Shown piece after piece: positions 52,075 through 60,910 of a stretch of 64,000 nt of DNA. The translations under genes were made by a program, and so were the position numbers. The DNA comes from Betaproteobacteria bacterium. Its GTDB lineage: Bacteria > Pseudomonadota > Gammaproteobacteria > Burkholderiales > Thiobacillaceae. The first letter of the stretch is position 1. Every line of letters starts with the position of its first letter. Location: NCBI GenBank assembly GCA_020061585.1, contig JAGUXX010000201.1, forward strand, positions 4,575-68,574, written 5' to 3'. The notes beneath the pieces were generated by a model. That model ran no database searches and was not told the origin of the DNA. It was given only the letters and a program-made list of their open reading frames with translations.

Positions 52075-53271
52075 ATGAGCATATTCGATGTAACCAATGA
52101 CAGCGTCTTCGCGGCCACCTTGTACCAGAGCGGTCAGATCGAGGATATCGCCAAACGCGTCCTCAACAAGGGCTTGCAGTCATTTGTCGACAACAACTAC
52201 GCGGATGCGGTGACCGCCTTCAAACAATCGGCGGCGCTCGCGCCGAATACGTCGACTGGCATCAATGCGCTTGACTATCTGGCCCGCGCCTATCTCGGCC
52301 AGGGCGATACCGAGGCCGCCATCAAAGCCTACAAGCAGGTCCTTCGCGTTGCCCCGACGCGCGATGACTTGCACTCCGCTCTAGGCAACCTGTATTACTC
52401 CGAGGAACGTTTTGCGGAGGCCACCGCGTCCTACGAACTCGCGGTCAGGGCGAACCCAAGCGCGGTCAATCGATACTCGCTGGGCCAGGGCTATCTGGCC
52501 GAAGGGCGATTCAGCGACGCGGAAGCCCAGTTCAATCTAGTGCGGCGGTTTTCACCAAGCGAACCGCATGGCGATTTTGGCTTGGGTCAAGTCTACGCAA
52601 AGCAAGGTCGGTACGACGAGGCCTTGAATGCCCTCCAGCGCGCGACCAGCATTCAGGCAGATTACTGGAACGCCTACGCGGAAATGGGCTACGTGCTTGC
52701 CGACCAGGGCGAAATTGAAAAGGCCGAGTCTATGGTCGATTTCCTTTCTACCCGTGACGAGACCCTTTCGAGCACCCTGGATGCCTACGTCTATGACAAA
52801 TCCCCGCCGCAAATGACCAGCACCTCCAGTGGCGGTTTTGCCAACATGTTCCTCGACATACTCGGCCCAAAAACCAGTGTCTCGATACTGGGCGAAAATC
52901 TGGCCAATGCTGGCGGCCAGCAAACGCTGTCCATCGTCTTCCAGTTCAGCAAAGCCATGGACCCGGATTCGATCGAGAACGTCATGAACTGGAGCATTCA
53001 GCGTGAGCCGTCGACCCGGACCAGCGCTGGCTACAATTTCGGCAGCCCAGTACCGTCTACCGAGGTTGCATTACCCAACACCCCCCTGGCCGTGTACTAC
53101 GACAGCACTTACATGACGGCTACCGTTCTGTTCAAGGTTCAGCAGAACGACACGGCGGATGGCACCATTGACCCGTCCCACATTCAATTCACCTTCAAAG
53201 GCACAGATGCTGTGGGGCAGTCCATGGATCCGAATGCTGATCAGTACAGCGGGTTTTCCGGCTTTGCCTGA
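52075..53271 (+). CDS. TPR-repeat protein with a C-terminal Ig-like (SbsA-type) domain
   Basis: The start is taken at MSIFDV (ATG 52075; the track starts at an upstream GTG). It has multiple TPR units (AVTAFKQSAALAPN, AIKAYKQVLRVAPT, ATASYELAVRANPS, AEAQFNLVRRFSPS, ALNALQRATSIQAD). The C-terminal beta-rich region is LSIVFQFSKAMDPDSIENVMNWSI. It is divergent from the flagellin gene. Confidence 0.75.
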   Translation: MSIFDVTNDSVFAATLYQSGQIEDIAKRVLNKGLQSFVDNNYADAVTAFKQSAALAPNTSTGINALDYLARAYLGQGDTEAAIKAYKQVLRVAPTRDDLHSALGNLYYSEERFAEATASYELAVRANPSAVNRYSLGQGYLAEGRFSDAEAQFNLVRRFSPSEPHGDFGLGQVYAKQGRYDEALNALQRATSIQADYWNAYAEMGYVLADQGEIEKAESMVDFLSTRDETLSSTLDAYVYDKSPPQMTSTSSGGFANMFLDILGPKTSVSILGENLANAGGQQTLSIVFQFSKAMDPDSIENVMNWSIQREPSTRTSAGYNFGSPVPSTEVALPNTPLAVYYDSTYMTATVLFKVQQNDTADGTIDPSHIQFTFKGTDAVGQSMDPNADQYSGFSGFA

Positions 53272-53368
53272 TCTCATTTGCTGAATTCTCCCGCGCAACG
53301 GACCGCGCTGAAGCGTATGAGTGATCGAGCAAAGGGCCGTGGTGGATGGCCGCATGACACCACACTCA

Positions 53369-54775
53369 TCACAAATCGTAACTCGCCTCCAGTTGCGGAA
53401 CCTCCACATTCCATCCCATGCCTACGCGCAACAGTTCACCGAACCCCCGCGCGGTTTCCGCTTCGCCATGCACAACAAAGGTTGTTCCTGGCGGACGTTT
53501 GAAATTCGACAGCCATAGCAGCAAGGCGTCCCGGTCGGCGTGGGCGGACAGTCCACCCAGGGTGTAAAGATCGGCCCGCACCGGTACGGTTTCACGGAAC
53601 AATCGCACGCTACGCGCGCCATCCACCAGCCGCCGACCCAGCGTGCCTTCAGCCTGAAAACCGGCAATGATCACGGAGCATTCCGCGCGCGGCAGATTGA
53701 ACTTGAGATGGTGCTTGATGCGTCCGGCGTCGCACATGCCCGAAGCCGAGATGATTACCGCGCCCTGGCGTATCTTGTTCAGCGCCATCGACTCCCGCAC
53801 ATCTTCGGTCACACGCAAATAGGGCGCTTCCGGACTGCTGCGAAACCATTGCAGCAACTCCTGTGATTCCGCGTCCATCAGGTTGCTGTGGCTCAACGTG
53901 ATCGCGGTCGCCGCGCCGGCCATCGGAGAATCGACGAAGATCGCCAGATTGCGCGGCAAACGCCCCTGACGCACCAGGTCCATCAGCAGATAAAGCAGAT
54001 CCTGGGTACGACCAACCGCGAAGGCCGGGATGATGACATTGCCTTTCTTGCGTGCCAGCGTATCGGTAAGCGCATGCGCCAGTTCATCGATCGTCTCGGA
54101 CAATGACTTGTGCAATCGATTGCCGTAAGTCGACTCAACCACCAAAAAGTCCGCTTCCTGAATCGGCGCGGGATCCATCAGAATCGGTCGGCCAGACATG
54201 CCAAGGTCACCGGAAAAAACCAGCTTGCGGCTGACGCCGCCCTCCTCCACCCAGACTTCGATGATCGCGGAACCGAGAATATGACCGGCATCCTGAAACC
54301 TTGCGCGTACCCGGGGATGCGGTCGGATTTCCTTGTCGTAGCGTACGCCGCGCAAGGTCTTCAGCAAGTCACTCGCCTGCGTCACGGTGTAAAGCGGCGC
54401 CAGATCAGCGCTGCGCCGGCGCCGGTTTTTGCGATTGGCATAGTTCGCCCACTCCGCCTCTTTCTCCTGGATGTGCGCCGAATCCGGCAACAACACGCTC
54501 AGCAGATCAGAAGTGGCATGCGTGCAATGCACCGGTCCGCGATAGCCCATGGCGGCCAAGCGCGGCAACAAACCGGAATGATCGATGTGGGCATGCGTAA
54601 GCAGCACGAAATCGAGCGATTCCGGATCGAAGCCGGGGAAATGTCGATTTCGAGCATCCGCCGTTCGTCCGCCCTGGAACATGCCGCAATCGACTATGAA
54701 CCGCAGATTGCCGCTCTCCACCAGATAGCAGGAACCGGTTACTTCACGCGCCGCGCCATGAAAAGTCAGTTTCAT
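53369..54775 (-). CDS. MBL-fold / beta-CASP ribonuclease (RNase J / CPSF-like)
   Basis: The start is taken at MKLTFHGAAREVTGSCYLVE, followed by LLTHAHIDHSG, beta-CASP motifs and an RNA-specificity C-terminus. The upstream 312 codons of the 780-aa track ORF overlap the opposite-strand DUF58 gene and were rejected. Confidence 0.85.
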   Translation of the reverse strand: MKLTFHGAAREVTGSCYLVESGNLRFIVDCGMFQGGRTADARNRHFPGFDPESLDFVLLTHAHIDHSGLLPRLAAMGYRGPVHCTHATSDLLSVLLPDSAHIQEKEAEWANYANRKNRRRRSADLAPLYTVTQASDLLKTLRGVRYDKEIRPHPRVRARFQDAGHILGSAIIEVWVEEGGVSRKLVFSGDLGMSGRPILMDPAPIQEADFLVVESTYGNRLHKSLSETIDELAHALTDTLARKKGNVIIPAFAVGRTQDLLYLLMDLVRQGRLPRNLAIFVDSPMAGAATAITLSHSNLMDAESQELLQWFRSSPEAPYLRVTEDVRESMALNKIRQGAVIISASGMCDAGRIKHHLKFNLPRAECSVIIAGFQAEGTLGRRLVDGARSVRLFRETVPVRADLYTLGGLSAHADRDALLLWLSNFKRPPGTTFVVHGEAETARGFGELLRVGMGWNVEVPQLEASYDL

Positions 54776-54862
54776 GTATCCATCATAGGATTCTCGGCTG
54801 AATTGGCATACGCAAAATGGCGTAGCCGTGACACAGTTCGGACTTGAACTCGCCTGCCAAGA

Positions 54863-55837
54863 ATGAAACTTCGCGCCCTGCCCTACCTGCCCTGGCGACC
54901 GCCACGACTTGAACGCGGTCCGGTCCAGCTCAATGCGCGCCGGCTTTACATCCTGCCGACCCGATCCGGGCTGGTATTTGCGCTGTTGTTGCTGGGCCTG
55001 TTGATCGGCGCGATCAATTACGGTCTCAGCCTGGCATATCTGTTCACCTTCTGGTTTGCCGGCACGGCGGTGGTCGCCATGCTGCACACCCAGCGCAACT
55101 TGTCCGGCTTGCGGCTCGCCGCCAAGACCGCGGTGCCGGTTTTTGCCGGGGAAAGCGCCCGCCTGCTGCTGGAAACCGAAAATCCGAGCGGATTGAAACG
55201 TTTCCGTGTCGGCCTGACCCATCCAGACGGCGTCAACGAAGAATATGACATCCCGGCTGGCGGCAAGACCGATCTGGTATTGAACCTGACGGTTGCGCAA
55301 CGCGGCTGGCATGCGCTTGGACGTTTCGGCATTTATTCCACCTATCCGCTCGGTTTGTTTCGTTGCTGGAGCGTGCTCGAACTGTCCGATGCGAACGCGA
55401 TGCCTTTTGGCGTGTTGATCTACCCGAAACCGGCGCGGGATGCGCTGCCGTTGCCGGCATCGACAGGCGCCGATCCGGACGCGCCGACACGCTTGATCGA
55501 TGGCGATGACTTTACCGGTCTGCGTGCCTATCAGGCCGGCGACACGCCGCGCCGCATCGCCTGGAAATCCGCCGCGCGCAGCCAGCATCTGCTGACCAAG
55601 CAATTCAGCGGTCAGCAAGGTTCGACCCTGCATCTGAATTGGTCTCAAACACCCGAGAAAGACACCGAAGCGCGCCTGTCGCGCCTGACGCGTTGGGTGC
55701 TCGACGCCCACGCCGCCAATCTGCCGTTCGCACTGACGCTACCCGGCCGCAATATCGGCATGGGGGTGGGCGAGGCGCATTTGCGAACCTGCCTGGAAGC
55801 GTTGGCGCGCTTTGGAAAGTCCGATGCGACGAATTGA
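54863..55837 (+). CDS. DUF58-domain protein
   Basis: It has two N-terminal TM helices and the core DFTGLRAYQAGDTPRRIAWKSAAR, typical of DUF58. It lies upstream of a transglutaminase gene. Confidence 0.85.
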   Translation: MKLRALPYLPWRPPRLERGPVQLNARRLYILPTRSGLVFALLLLGLLIGAINYGLSLAYLFTFWFAGTAVVAMLHTQRNLSGLRLAAKTAVPVFAGESARLLLETENPSGLKRFRVGLTHPDGVNEEYDIPAGGKTDLVLNLTVAQRGWHALGRFGIYSTYPLGLFRCWSVLELSDANAMPFGVLIYPKPARDALPLPASTGADPDAPTRLIDGDDFTGLRAYQAGDTPRRIAWKSAARSQHLLTKQFSGQQGSTLHLNWSQTPEKDTEARLSRLTRWVLDAHAANLPFALTLPGRNIGMGVGEAHLRTCLEALARFGKSDATN

Positions 55838-57761
55838 CCTGCCCCTGCTCTGGTTGATCCTGCCCTTGGCGCTGGTGCTGGCGCCGCATGCGCTGGCCTT
55901 GCCGCTGTGGATCAGTCTGAGCTGGCTGGTTTTCGCGCTGGTCAGTTTGCATTCAGGCAAAAAAACCTGGCCTGCCTGGCTCAAATTGTTGTTTTCCCTG
56001 GCAGGCGTCGCCGGCGTGCTGCTGCAATTCGGCACCGTCATCGGGCCGCAGGGCGGCGTGGCGCTGCTGGTGTTTCTGTCGGGGGCCAAATTGCTGGAAA
56101 CCCGCACCGCGCGTGACCGGCTGGGCCTGCTGTTCGTCGGCTGCTTTTTGTTGGTCGCCTATTTTCTGACTTCGCAAAGCCTGGCCATGGCCGGCTACAT
56201 GGTCATCGCCGCCGGCGGGCTGATTGCGGCGATGATCGCCAATACCCAACCCAAGCCCGACCTGCGCGCCACGCTCGGCACAACCGGACGTTTATTGCTG
56301 CAAGCGCTGCCGCTGGCATTGTTGCTGTTCGTGCTGTTTCCACGTCTGCAAGGTCCGCTGTGGGGCTTGCCGCAACAGAGCGCCGCTCAATCCGGATTGT
56401 CAGACCGCATGAGTCCGGGAGATTTCAGCCAGCTCAGCCTGTCCGACGAGATCGCCTTCCGGGTCGAATTCGCCACGCCTCCTCCAAGTCCAAGTCGGCT
56501 GTACTGGCGTGGCCCGGTGCTCTGGGATTTCGATGGACGCACCTGGCAAACCCGACTGGCCGTGCCGCCCAACCCGATCCGTGCCGAAAGCGTTCGCCAG
56601 CCGTTGCGTTACACCATCACGCTGGAGCCGCATCGGCAGCGTTGGCTGTTTCTGTTGGGATTGCCGCGCGAACGCCCGCCCAGCCTGCCCGGACTGCGAT
56701 CGACCCTGGGGCCGGACCTGCAGTGGCTGAGCAATAACCCGCTCAACCAGCGCTTGCGTTATCAGGTTGAGGCCGACCTCGACTATCGACTCGACCCGGA
56801 CGAGCTCGGCGCGACGACCCGCGTCAGAACCCTGGCATTACCTGATGGCAACCCGCAAGCTCGCGCATTGGCCGCGCAATGGGCAAGCCAGCATCGCGAC
56901 GGTCTAGCCATCGTCAACCAGGCTCTAAGCCTGTTTCGCAGTGAAGCCTTTTTCTACAGTCTCAAGCCACCACTGCTGGGGGAAAACAGCGTCGATGATT
57001 TCCTGTTTGTCAGTCGACGGGGTTTCTGTGAACACTACGCCAGCGCCTTCGTGGTACTGATGCGCGCCGCCGGCATACCGGCGCGAGTGGTCACCGGCTA
57101 TCAGGGCGGCGAGCGCAATCCGTTGGGCGATTACTGGATCGTGCGCCAGCGCGACGCGCACGCCTGGGCCGAGGTCTGGCTGCCGAATCAGGGCTGGACA
57201 CATGTCGATCCAACAGCCGCCGTCGCGCCGGAACGGGTCGAACGCGGGCTCGACGCCGCGCTGCCGGCGGGTGAACGTCCCACCGGTCTGATGACCCTGA
57301 ACGCCAACTGGCTGATGCCACTGCGCTTGGGCTGGGACTTGATCAACAACCAATGGAATCAATGGGTGCTGGGCTACAACCAGGATCGTCAACGGCAGTT
57401 TCTGGCGCGTCTGAATCCGTTTCTGGCGACTTGGCAAGGCATGGCCTGGGGGCTGGCGGCGGCCGGCGGCGTGCTGCTGCTGGTGCTGGCGGCGCTGGCG
57501 ATTCCGCGTCTGAGCGGCAAGCCAGCCGATCCGGCCAGCCGGTTCTACGCCCGCTTCTGTCGACGCTTGCGACGCGCCGGCATGGCGCGCGGCGAGGCCG
57601 AAGGCCCGGCCGATTTCGCCCGCCGCGCCACAGTGCTGCGCCCCGATCTGGCCGACTCGATCCAGCGCATTACCCAGCTTTATCTGGGTTTGCGCTATGG
57701 CGACTTAGACCGGGCAGATCTGCTCGAACTGAAACGGCTGGTCGGCCGGTTCCGCTGCTGA
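55812..57761 (+). CDS. Transglutaminase-like membrane protein (TgpA-type, DUF3488 plus transglutaminase core)
   Basis: It has a multi-TM N-terminus. The catalytic core is GFCEHYASAFVVLMRAAGIPARVVTGY...DAHAWAEVWLPNQGWTHVDPT (Cys-His-Asp). Confidence 0.85.
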   Translation: MESPMRRIDLPLLWLILPLALVLAPHALALPLWISLSWLVFALVSLHSGKKTWPAWLKLLFSLAGVAGVLLQFGTVIGPQGGVALLVFLSGAKLLETRTARDRLGLLFVGCFLLVAYFLTSQSLAMAGYMVIAAGGLIAAMIANTQPKPDLRATLGTTGRLLLQALPLALLLFVLFPRLQGPLWGLPQQSAAQSGLSDRMSPGDFSQLSLSDEIAFRVEFATPPPSPSRLYWRGPVLWDFDGRTWQTRLAVPPNPIRAESVRQPLRYTITLEPHRQRWLFLLGLPRERPPSLPGLRSTLGPDLQWLSNNPLNQRLRYQVEADLDYRLDPDELGATTRVRTLALPDGNPQARALAAQWASQHRDGLAIVNQALSLFRSEAFFYSLKPPLLGENSVDDFLFVSRRGFCEHYASAFVVLMRAAGIPARVVTGYQGGERNPLGDYWIVRQRDAHAWAEVWLPNQGWTHVDPTAAVAPERVERGLDAALPAGERPTGLMTLNANWLMPLRLGWDLINNQWNQWVLGYNQDRQRQFLARLNPFLATWQGMAWGLAAAGGVLLLVLAALAIPRLSGKPADPASRFYARFCRRLRRAGMARGEAEGPADFARRATVLRPDLADSIQRITQLYLGLRYGDLDRADLLELKRLVGRFRC

Positions 57762-57782
57762 CAGGCAACGCCAAACTTGCCG

Positions 57783-58799
57783 CTACTGTCGCTCGCCCTT
57801 GTTGTTCAATCGACGTCGATACGGATGCCCGACCTTGCCGGGGGCCGCCTCCGGGCGCTTGGGCTCGGAACGCTCGGACTCGCCTCGTTCGTCGGAACGA
57901 CGCTGATCCGTAGCGGTCTTGACCATGCCGCACCAACGCAGCAGCGCTTCGACTTCTTCTTCCGGCAGTTCTTCCTTCATGCCGCGTTTCAGGCGCGACG
58001 GCATGGCGACCGGGCCGAATCTGACGCGGATCAGCCGGCTGACGGTCAATCCGAGATGCTCCATCAGACGCCGCACCTCGCGGTTGCGGCCTTCCTTGAT
58101 GATCAGGTGATACCACTGATTGACCCCCTCGCCGCCGGCCGGAACGATCTTGTCGACCTTGGCGATGCCGTCATCGAGTTCCACACCGTTGAGCAGAGAA
58201 TTCATCTGCACGGCATCCAGCGCGCCGATCAGCCGCACCGCGTATTCACGCTCGACTTCATAGCGCGGATGCGTCAGGTGATTGGCCAGCTCGCCGTCGG
58301 TGGTAAAAATCAGCAGACCTTCGGTATTGAAATCCAGCCGGCCGATGCTGATCCAGCGACCGCTGCGCACCGGCGGCAGATTGTCGAATACCGACCGCCG
58401 GCCTTCCGGATCGTCGCGCGACACGATCTCGCCTTCCTGCTTGTGGTAGATCAACACCCGCGGTATCTGTTTCTTCCAGCCCAGACGAATCACCTTGCCG
58501 TTGACCTTGACCAGATCGCCCGGCTTGACCCGATCCGCCACCTTGGCGATCTGGCCGTTGAGGCTGACCCGACCATCGGCGATCAGTTGTTCCATTTCGC
58601 GGCGCGAGCCCATGCCGGCCGCCGCCAGGGCTTTGTGCAGCTTCTCGCTGTGGTCTTCGAGTTCTTCCGGACGTGCTTTCAAAGGTCGCCCCATGTAGGA
58701 ATAGCGTGGCATGTTGTTGTCTCTATGGTTGTTGCTGGTCTCGCCGGCATTATCGCGGAATCCGCGCAATTTTTTATTCTGTCGGCGGGGGTTGTTCAA
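57783..58799 (-). CDS. rluB: 23S rRNA pseudouridine synthase RluB
   Basis: S4 domain ([30 protein letters not shown]), RsuA/RluB catalytic motif ([11 protein letters not shown]), and a basic C-terminal tail. The start is either 58799 or the ATG at 58712. Confidence 0.88.
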   Translation of the reverse strand: MNNPRRQNKKLRGFRDNAGETSNNHRDNNMPRYSYMGRPLKARPEELEDHSEKLHKALAAAGMGSRREMEQLIADGRVSLNGQIAKVADRVKPGDLVKVNGKVIRLGWKKQIPRVLIYHKQEGEIVSRDDPEGRRSVFDNLPPVRSGRWISIGRLDFNTEGLLIFTTDGELANHLTHPRYEVEREYAVRLIGALDAVQMNSLLNGVELDDGIAKVDKIVPAGGEGVNQWYHLIIKEGRNREVRRLMEHLGLTVSRLIRVRFGPVAMPSRLKRGMKEELPEEEVEALLRWCGMVKTATDQRRSDERGESERSEPKRPEAAPGKVGHPYRRRLNNKGERQ

Positions 58800-59376
58800 A
58801 CAAAGCCGAGGCCTGCATATCCTTTGCCAGTTCAGGCAGCGGCGGCAGTGCGGACAAGGCGCGCAAGCCGAGATCGGATAAAAACTGTTTGGTGGTGCTG
58901 AACAGGGCTGGCCGACCCGGCACTTCCTTGTGCCCGACTACCTCGATCCAGCCGCGCTCCTCCAGCGTTCTGACGATCTGGGTGTTGACCGCGACACCGC
59001 GGATTTCCTCGACATCGCCGCGCGTCACCGGCTGACGATAGGCGATCACCGCCAAGGTTTCCAGGGTAGCGCGTGAATATCGCGGCGGCTTCTCCGGATT
59101 CAGGCGATCGAGATAGCGCTGGAATTCGGCCTTGGTCTGAAACCGCCAGCCTTCCGCCAACTGCACCAGTTCCACACCGCTGTCCCGCCAATCGGCACGC
59201 AATTCATCCAGCGCCCGGCGCAGGAAATCGTTGGACAGTTCCACCTCGAACACCCGCTTCAGTTCGGCCAGGGTCATCGGGCCGGAGCCGGCCAGCAACA
59301 CGGTTTCCAGGATGCGTTTGATTTCATCCAGTTGGGTCGCTTCGGCTTGTTCGGCCTTGGTAGGTTTACGTGCCAT
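58774..59376 (-). CDS. scpB: Segregation and condensation protein B
   Basis: The start is taken at [10 protein letters not shown] (ATG 59376, 4 nt after the scpA stop). ScpB pattern: [22 protein letters not shown]...[24 protein letters not shown]. Confidence 0.88.
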   Translation of the reverse strand: MARKPTKAEQAEATQLDEIKRILETVLLAGSGPMTLAELKRVFEVELSNDFLRRALDELRADWRDSGVELVQLAEGWRFQTKAEFQRYLDRLNPEKPPRYSRATLETLAVIAYRQPVTRGDVEEIRGVAVNTQIVRTLEERGWIEVVGHKEVPGRPALFSTTKQFLSDLGLRALSALPPLPELAKDMQASALFEQPPPTE

Positions 59377-59380
59377 GACG

Positions 59381-60214
59381 TCAGACAGGTTCGGATTGAT
59401 CGGCGGCGGCGACTTGCGCATGAATCGGCGCAAACGGTTCGTTCTGTACGATATCGACCAACCTTTCCCGCACCAGTTCGAGCAGCGCGAGAAAAGTGAC
59501 GACCAGCGCCGAACGGCCATCGGCCGGGTCGAATAGCTCGCTAAACAACGTGCGGCCAGCACTTTGCAGATGCTTCAGGATGCGGCTCATGTGTTCACGC
59601 ACCGAGAGTTCCTGGCGGCCTATGCGGTGGTGCTTGTGCATCGAGGCGCGCTTGAGTATGGCGCGCCAGGCATCGAGCAGGTCTTCGCCGCCGACCAGCG
59701 GCAAACGCTTGACCGCCAACTGCGAGACATAGACATCGACCGCCAGGAAATCGCGGCCCAATTGCGGCACGCCATCGAGATTGCGCGCGGCGATCTTCAT
59801 TTGTTCGTATTCCAGCAGGCGACGCACCAGTTCGGCGCGCGGGTCGAGTTCGACGCCCTCTTCCAGCTTTTCCGGACGCGGCAGCAGCATGCGCGATTTG
59901 ATCTCGATCAGCATCGCCGCCATCACCAGGTATTCCGCCGCCAGTTCCAGTCTTTTGCGCCGCATCACATCGACATAAGCCATGTACTGCGCTGTCAGCG
60001 CCGCCATGTTGATGTTGAGCACATCCAGGTTGTTGCGGCGGATCAGCCACAGCAGCAGATCGAGCGGTCCCTCGAAGGCTTCCAGAATCACTTCCAGCGC
60101 ATCCGGCGGGATATACAGATCGGTCGGCAGATCGGTCCACAACTCGCCCTGGACCTTGGCGAGGTGGCGGATTTCGACTTCGGCGGCTTCGGCGGTGTCG
60201 AGGACTTCGGTCAT
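59381..60214 (-). CDS. scpA: Segregation and condensation protein A
   Basis: The start is taken at MTEVLDT (ATG 60214). ScpA core: [35 protein letters not shown]. Confidence 0.88.
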   Translation of the reverse strand: MTEVLDTAEAAEVEIRHLAKVQGELWTDLPTDLYIPPDALEVILEAFEGPLDLLLWLIRRNNLDVLNINMAALTAQYMAYVDVMRRKRLELAAEYLVMAAMLIEIKSRMLLPRPEKLEEGVELDPRAELVRRLLEYEQMKIAARNLDGVPQLGRDFLAVDVYVSQLAVKRLPLVGGEDLLDAWRAILKRASMHKHHRIGRQELSVREHMSRILKHLQSAGRTLFSELFDPADGRSALVVTFLALLELVRERLVDIVQNEPFAPIHAQVAAADQSEPV

Positions 60215-60233
60215 TGGTGTGATTGAGTGGCAA

Positions 60234-60593
60234 TCAAGCAGCGCGACACATGTGCATATCCATATGGATATCCGCATAAGGACAAATCAGCCCGCCACGC
60301 TCGGTACGCTCAATCAGGCCAAGATTAACCAGTTCGGCGGCATCTTCATGCACCCGCTTCACATCACGCTTCAAACGCCTGGCGAGTTCGCGCACCGGCA
60401 CCTCACCTGCCCCCTGCAAGGCATTGAGCAATGCCCAACGGCGGCTGGTGAGCCTGGAAAAGAAGGCTTCGGGTGACTCGAAATTCAGCTTTTCGCCTTG
60501 ATAGGTATTAGCCGTGAAAGCTGCGCGTGCGCTGCTACGCAGTGCGCTTTGCCAATCGGCGTCTATGGTGATGGTCAACCTGCGTTCTTCCAC
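60234..60593 (-). CDS. HTH DNA-binding protein, putative antitoxin
   Basis: 119 aa with a winged-helix-like segment RRWALLNALQGAGEVPVRELARRLKRDVKRVHEDAAELVNLGLIER. It overlaps the upstream small ORF by 19 nt. Confidence 0.6.
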   Translation of the reverse strand: MEERRLTITIDADWQSALRSSARAAFTANTYQGEKLNFESPEAFFSRLTSRRWALLNALQGAGEVPVRELARRLKRDVKRVHEDAAELVNLGLIERTERGGLICPYADIHMDMHMCRAA

Positions 60594-60898
60594 TTTTCCA
60601 CCTCCGCGATGAAGTCTGCAATCAGCGTATCAACATCGACAAATCGATAGGGCAATTCAACATCGCCCAAATGCAGATGATCGCCTTTGCCGCGCTCATT
60701 ATCGAAGCCCACGACGCGAACGCCGCCGGTCAGAAATACCAGACGGCATTTGTAGTCATGATCCGAAGGAGGCACCGACTCCGGCACTTTCCAGACCACC
60801 ATTTCGATGCCTGTACCATTGGCTGCAATATCCCGAAATCGGGTGATCAGCTCAGCATTCATGTTGGCAAATATGACAACACAGAAAGCCTTTGTCAA
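60575..60898 (-). CDS. DUF6516-like small protein, putative toxin (TumE-like in database nomenclature, from memory)
   Basis: 107 aa. The pattern VVWKVPESVPPSDHDYKCRLVFL...VGFDNERGKGDHLHLGD matches the DUF6516 pattern (kYrl.y....rvlrYDN..g.gdHkH). Confidence 0.55.
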   Translation of the reverse strand: MTKAFCVVIFANMNAELITRFRDIAANGTGIEMVVWKVPESVPPSDHDYKCRLVFLTGGVRVVGFDNERGKGDHLHLGDVELPYRFVDVDTLIADFIAEVEKWKNAG

Positions 60899-60910
60899 TC
60901 ACGCCAACCA

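Noticed and set aside
54776-55711. The N-terminal 312 codons of the 780-aa ORF 53369..55711
   Set aside because: The beta-CASP RNase homology begins at MKLTFHGAAREVTG (ATG 54775). The upstream extension is Arg/Gln/Gly-rich and overlaps the well-supported opposite-strand DUF58 gene.
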